In this document: piece after piece, positions 59,461 to 64,000 of the stretch
Layout of the letters: each line of letters opens with the position of its first letter
How positions within the stretch are numbered: position 1 is the stretch's first letter
From: Spirochaetia bacterium
Lineage (GTDB): Bacteria; Spirochaetota; Spirochaetia; CAKZLE01
DNA length: 64,000 nucleotides
Direction: 5' to 3'
NCBI GenBank assembly: GCA_963677595.1
Contig: OY782041.1
Coordinates: 4,000,001 to 4,064,000 of the forward strand
The notes under the pieces: model-generated
Told to the model about the DNA's origin: nothing
What the model saw: only the letters and a program-made list of their open reading frames with translations
Database searches by the model: none
Translations under genes and position numbers: made by a program

Positions 59461-60411
59461 ATGACGAAGGAAACCAAAACGAACCTAAGGAACCGAGACC
59501 AGGCATTCATCTTCAAGATTGATAGATATGCAACTCATGATGGTCCCGGGATCAGAACTACTATCTTCTTTAAAGGCTGTCTGATGAACTGCACATGGTG
59601 CTCCAATCCTGAGAGCCAGAAGACAACAGCTGAGCTTGGTTTCCTCAAGATGAAGTGTGTTGGCTGTGGCACCTGTATCAACAGCTGCCATGCCGATGCT
59701 CTTTCCCTGAAAGATGAAAAAGCGACCATTAATAGGGAACTGTGCGATAACTGCTTCGACTGTGTGCCAGTGTGTCCATCAAACGCACTGCAGATCTATG
59801 GCTACGAGGCTACTTTACCGGAATTAATGGATATCTTGAATCGAGATAGGCACATCTACCGTCGTTCCGGCGGTGGTGTGACCTTGACCGGTGGCGAACC
59901 GACTCTGCAGTATTCTTTCGTGAAAAAATTGCTGGAAGAATGCAGGCGGGTCGGAATCCATACAACGTTGGAAACTTGCGGGTTCTCGAGTCCAGAAGAT
60001 TTCAAGCAGTTATTACCCTATGTTAACTGGTTATATTTTGATCTGAAGCATTGTGACCCGGATCACCATCGAAAGGTAACAGGGAACTCAAACAAGATCA
60101 TCTTGCAGAATCTTACCTTTGCATCCCACTACATGCAGGAACATGGCAAACCTCTGGTAGTCAGACAAGTTGTTGTTCCTGGAATTAATGATACTCAGTG
60201 GATCGGCAGGATGGTTGAGCTGATTAGTCAGTTACCCTATGTGACAGCCATGGAGTTTTTACCATACCATAATTATGGTATGGACAAGTATGCCGCTATC
60301 GGGAAGGTGTACGATCTCACGGATGTAAGACCTCCCGCAGAATCAGACCTGAAAACATATGTTGAAATGGCAGAAGCCAGAGGTCTGAAATGTACTATTG
60401 GAGGACTGTAG
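59461..60411 (+). CDS. GRE activating enzyme (radical SAM with ferredoxin-like insert)
   Basis: HDGPGIRT, GCLMNCTWCSNPE, two CxxCxxCxxxC motifs, GGEP; start may be GTG 59452. Confidence 0.93.
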   Translation: MTKETKTNLRNRDQAFIFKIDRYATHDGPGIRTTIFFKGCLMNCTWCSNPESQKTTAELGFLKMKCVGCGTCINSCHADALSLKDEKATINRELCDNCFDCVPVCPSNALQIYGYEATLPELMDILNRDRHIYRRSGGGVTLTGGEPTLQYSFVKKLLEECRRVGIHTTLETCGFSSPEDFKQLLPYVNWLYFDLKHCDPDHHRKVTGNSNKIILQNLTFASHYMQEHGKPLVVRQVVVPGINDTQWIGRMVELISQLPYVTAMEFLPYHNYGMDKYAAIGKVYDLTDVRPPAESDLKTYVEMAEARGLKCTIGGL

Positions 60412-60463
60412 AGTAGATGAATCAATAGAACCAATAGTATAAAAAAACAAATAGGAGACAATA

Positions 60464-61105
60464 ATGAGTGATATTAAAAAGGCAACCAGTGCGCCTGTAG
60501 TAATGTTTATAATAGCTATTCTGGCATTCGTAGATGGAATTAACCTGCTCGGTTTCTTACCACCAGAAACAACACTTCTCCGAGGAGTCTTCGCAACCCT
60601 AGCCTATCCTACATATTATTTTGCAGCAAAGAACCACCTAGAAATCGGTGATGAGCTTTTTGCCAGGACGTTCTTATTCTTTGGATTATTCTTCTCTTTG
60701 ACAGGAATCATCATGCTGGTACAAATGTTCGCAACAATGGCAGGCATCCCCTATGATACCAAGATGATGGGCGTGGTATGGTTTGTAGTAGTTCTTTATC
60801 TGCTATCTGTAATGCCTGCATTCTGGTATGGCGATAAGGTCTGCCTGCTGTTCATGATCACTGCAACACTCGGCTTCCTGATAATGTCAATCGTCAACTT
60901 CCAGTTCAGTTTTAGCTTTTGGCCAGGATTTTTCGTCATTGCCGGGATTTCCTTCTCAATTACCGGTCTAACTGCTGCGTATTTCGGGATGTTCCTCATG
61001 CTGGTCCCTCTCGGAGTTGTTCTGCCATTAGGAAAACCAATCTTCAAAAAGAAAGAAACCGTTTCTGCAGGTTCAGTAAAAATAGCAACGTCGGAAGAAA
61101 TCTGA
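60464..61105 (+). CDS. Six-TM protein, SatP/GPR1-FUN34-YaaH (or AmiS/UreI)-like channel
   Basis: About 6 TM; ATSAPVVMF resembles NPAPLGL; C-terminal LPLGKP. Confidence 0.55.
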   Translation: MSDIKKATSAPVVMFIIAILAFVDGINLLGFLPPETTLLRGVFATLAYPTYYFAAKNHLEIGDELFARTFLFFGLFFSLTGIIMLVQMFATMAGIPYDTKMMGVVWFVVVLYLLSVMPAFWYGDKVCLLFMITATLGFLIMSIVNFQFSFSFWPGFFVIAGISFSITGLTAAYFGMFLMLVPLGVVLPLGKPIFKKKETVSAGSVKIATSEEI

Positions 61106-61128
61106 TAGTTTCATAATCAATAATCATC

Positions 61129-61157
61129 CCCCCTCAAAAGGATTTCTTATGAGGGGG
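61129..61157 (+). terminator. Probable terminator of the GRE operon
   Basis: CCCCCTCA...TGAGGGGG stem. Confidence 0.6.
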
Positions 61158-61365
61158 TCTGTTATATCGTCTTACATCCTCAAGAGAATAGCATCGGTAT
61201 ATAATCAAACTGTTAGATTATTCATGGAGCCAAAAACCCCTACGTTGAATCCGTTGCTTTTTTTTCTTCACAAAGAATAAGTATACCCGATGGGGTGACG
61301 ATTTAACCTAATTGGGCTAAAAATGAAAAAGCCAATCTCCCATTTATAGAATATCAGCTTTTAAT

Positions 61366-61392
61366 TTGTATCAATTTCGTCTTATAAAGATG
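61366..61392. repeat. Island-boundary direct repeat, right copy (abuts tRNA 3' end)
   Basis: TTGTATCAATTTCGTCTTATAAAGATG. Confidence 0.8.
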
Positions 61393-61474
61393 CCGGAAAC
61401 GAGACTTGAACTCGTACAGCTTTAAGGCCGGGGGATTTTAAGTCCCCTGTGTCTACCAATTCCACCATTCCGGC
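61391..61474 (-). tRNA. tRNA-Leu(TAA)
   Basis: GCCGGAATGGTGGAATTGGTAGAC...CT-TAA-AA...GTTCAAGTC...TTCCGGCA; long variable arm; CCA not encoded. Confidence 0.96.
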
Positions 61475-61572
61475 TGATGTTCATACATACTACCGGTGAG
61501 ATAGGCATTGGTCAACTAGCAATGTTATTTTCTGCACTTGAAACGAAGGTGCTAATGCAGTAGGGTCAACCT

Positions 61573-62346
61573 ATGAGATTCATCGATTCACACTTCCATC
61601 TTCACCATCTCGAGAAGCGGGGGCTAAACATCCCGGCCATGATGGAGCGCCTTGCTGCTGCCGGCTTCATCGGCGGGCTCGACATCGGGGTCGACCCCGA
61701 TGATATAGCTATCCGTAAACCGTTACTTGATGCCTATCCCTTCCTGCACTACTCCGTGGGGCTCTACCCGAGCCATGCGGAGGATGAATCGGTACAGTCA
61801 CTGCTTGACGGGCTTGAAGCCTCTATTAATCGCTATGCACCCCATGCCCTCGGGGAGATCGGGCTTGACTACCACTGGGGGTTCTCCACCCCTGAGCGGC
61901 AGCAGGAGCTGTGTATCGAGCAGATCGGGATTGCCAACCGGTACAGGCTGCCGGTCCTCATCCATAACCGGGAAGCAGACTATGACATGGTCACCCTGCT
62001 GAAGGGACACCGGCCTGAGTACGGGCTGGTCATGCACTGCTACTCTGCAGAGCAGGAACTCTTCGATGAGTTCGTCTCATTGGGAGCCTATCTCTCCTTT
62101 GCCGGGAACCTCACCTACAAGAACAGTGAACACATTCGGTACGCTGCTGAACATGTCCCGCTTGAAAGGATACTCATCGAGACTGACAGCCCCTACCTTG
62201 CCCCCATACCGAAACGAGGTAAGGTCAACACGCCGGAATACATCCCCTACACCTATGAGTTCGCCGCAGGTTTGCGGAACATGGAACCTGAGGAGTTCTC
62301 CGAGATCATCTGCAATAACTATTCAGCTCTTATCCCTAACGCATGA
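61573..62346 (+). CDS. tatD: TatD-family DNase
   Basis: IDSHFH, GEIGLDY, IHNREA, MHCYS, ETDSPYLAP. Confidence 0.93.
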   Translation: MRFIDSHFHLHHLEKRGLNIPAMMERLAAAGFIGGLDIGVDPDDIAIRKPLLDAYPFLHYSVGLYPSHAEDESVQSLLDGLEASINRYAPHALGEIGLDYHWGFSTPERQQELCIEQIGIANRYRLPVLIHNREADYDMVTLLKGHRPEYGLVMHCYSAEQELFDEFVSLGAYLSFAGNLTYKNSEHIRYAAEHVPLERILIETDSPYLAPIPKRGKVNTPEYIPYTYEFAAGLRNMEPEEFSEIICNNYSALIPNA

Positions 62347-62890
62347 AGGAGAAACCGACCGAGAGGCCCGGGTTGATCACACCGAAAGGCACGAACCGCA
62401 GGTCAAAGTCGATCTCGGCAAAGAGCTGGGTGGGGTAGATCGTGTAGCTGAAGCCGGTCTTCCACCGGATGAGGCTGTCGTTGAGCAGCGATGAGTACCC
62501 TGCCCCGTCATTCTGCCCGTCACTGTCTGCATCGACACCGAGATTGGGACCATAATAGAAACTGGTTCCCGGGCCCATATAGACCGCCATGTCCCCGTAG
62601 TACATGGTGAGCTGCGCCAGGGCATAAGCCGATACCATCAGCAGGCTGCTGGGGTTGTTCGAGTCATAGCCCCGTGAGTTGGTCGGGAAGTACTCCACGG
62701 AGAACTCGGATCCGACCAGTCCCCGGCCCCCAATGAACCGGTAGTCGATTCCAGGATGGACCTGGAATGTACCAGTCGGGGCGATCTCCCCGGTCAAATG
62801 GGCCCCGAACGAGCTGTCAACGGCGAAGGTCATCGTGGTCGGTATCAGTATCATCAGTGCGGCAAAGCACAATATCTTCTTCATGGTCAT
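62336..62890 (-). CDS. Exported hypothetical protein, beta-barrel-like
   Basis: Signal peptide MKKILCF; terminal SVGFSF strand; RBS present. Confidence 0.6.
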   Translation of the reverse strand: MTMKKILCFAALMILIPTTMTFAVDSSFGAHLTGEIAPTGTFQVHPGIDYRFIGGRGLVGSEFSVEYFPTNSRGYDSNNPSSLLMVSAYALAQLTMYYGDMAVYMGPGTSFYYGPNLGVDADSDGQNDGAGYSSLLNDSLIRWKTGFSYTIYPTQLFAEIDFDLRFVPFGVINPGLSVGFSFMR

Positions 62891-62900
62891 GCAGTAACTC

Positions 62901-63809
62901 CTAGTAGGGCACGAACACCCTAGTCGATCGTATGAATTGTATCTCATCACGGGCATTTATTGAAGCACCTGGGAGCCGATCACCGATCCCTTTGTAATCG
63001 ATGCTGATACTCCCGTATAATGACTCCCTGCTGCCGGGAAGGTACTCGCCTCCCTCGATGATCGCGAGCATCCCGCCCTCTTCGAGATTCCTCACGACGT
63101 TCACCGAGTCGGCACCTCCCATGACGCAGACGATCTCCACCCCCTTCCCGGCGAGCCGTGAGACGGCGTCCTTGCCCTTCGCATCGGTGATCGAGGCTCC
63201 GTCGACCGTGATGAGCTCCGGCCGGTTCTCCAGGTCGCTGAAGAGCAGCGGGAGAAGCTCCTCAGGGGCAGCTGTGTAACCGAAGGCTGAACGGTTGTAG
63301 ATCACCCCAACCCGGTGCAGGTCCTCATAGAGGCCGTGAAGCAGCGTATCTGCATCATCCCAGCCCTCGTGGATGTCATAGACGAGGTAGATGTCGCCGT
63401 AGGAGAGGGAGAGTTCCTCGGCTTTCTGGGCTTCAGTTGCCTCCACCCAGGCCGCGAGCTTCGCGCCCTTCTCCTGGAGGCTTGCCAGTTCCCCGCTCAA
63501 GCGGTCATCCTTCTTCAGGGCGTACTCCGAGGAGAGCATCGGGGAGAGCAGGACGACCTTGGCGGTTGAACCCTGCAGCTCCCGGCTGAATGTCCCGGTC
63601 TGGTCGGCCTGGTCGTAGAGGATGGTCCTGAAGCCCTGTCCCGCACGGTCTGCACCCTCCCTGAGCTCCCCCAGGTGGTCATCGGTCAGCAGGACCTCCT
63701 CGTAATAGGGGTCCGAGATGAGCAGGATGCCAGCCTGCCCTGAACAGCCGGTAAGCAGGAGAGAGATGAGAAGGATGGCACTGGCAATGGATACAGCCCT
63801 GACATTCAT
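62901..63809 (-). CDS. Hypothetical lipoprotein
   Basis: Lipobox LLTGC; 302-aa ORF. Confidence 0.65.
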   Translation of the reverse strand: MNVRAVSIASAILLISLLLTGCSGQAGILLISDPYYEEVLLTDDHLGELREGADRAGQGFRTILYDQADQTGTFSRELQGSTAKVVLLSPMLSSEYALKKDDRLSGELASLQEKGAKLAAWVEATEAQKAEELSLSYGDIYLVYDIHEGWDDADTLLHGLYEDLHRVGVIYNRSAFGYTAAPEELLPLLFSDLENRPELITVDGASITDAKGKDAVSRLAGKGVEIVCVMGGADSVNVVRNLEEGGMLAIIEGGEYLPGSRESLYGSISIDYKGIGDRLPGASINARDEIQFIRSTRVFVPY

Positions 63810-63965
63810 ACCAGTAGTCTACCAATGGGTATCAGGGAGGTCAATACGAATTATTATTGTGCCTGAGGTGCTGATTAATATCTTCAGGCTAGCGACTTAT
63901 TGACCAAAGGGGTATAAATACAGTAGGTTCTTAGGTGAATTCAACTTTAAATCAAGGGGTAACAC

Positions 63966-64000
63966 ATGACTTCCTACAAAGAATTGGGATTGGTAAATAC
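63966..64000 (+). CDS. fba: Start of a probable class II fructose-bisphosphate aldolase (truncated by window edge)
   Basis: MTSYKELGLVN matches the spirochaete/Bacteroides-type Fba N-terminus; RBS AAGGGG; only 11 full codons visible. Confidence 0.6.
   Translation, partial: MTSYKELGLVN

Overview
Bacterial chromosomal window, probably from an anaerobic free-living spirochaete. This is inferred from spirochaete-style solute-binding-protein N-termini and an Fba start MTSYKELGLVNT. The left half looks GC-richer by eye. It holds a metal/cofactor ABC operon with a stand-alone TiaS-like DDTD protein and a divergent MoaE, an APC permease, three AAA-DUF4143 ATPases with repeat-rich promoters, and a patatin. 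It also holds a YtfQRT/YjfF-type sugar ABC system with an SBP-HK-RR sensor, mntP, a pyrrolysine-free MtmB homolog with an ECF importer, and a SNF2 gene pair. From ~34 kb the DNA looks more AT-rich and accessory: PNP, a Crp-controlled triple-sulfatase/ABC cluster, an amidase pseudogene, a TetR gene split by an IS200-type element, higBA, and a membrane LuxR/serine hydrolase module. The strongest candidate for an undescribed system is a ~10.4 kb island between imperfect direct repeats, one of which touches the tRNA-Leu(TAA) 3' end. In it, one sigma54 activator appears to drive two divergent operons: (i) an AOR-family aldehyde:ferredoxin oxidoreductase with MoaD and an SLC13-like transporter, and (ii) a glycyl radical enzyme with an atypical RGCSE Cys loop, its activase and a SatP-like channel. 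All calls come from reading motifs by eye; no database searches were run.
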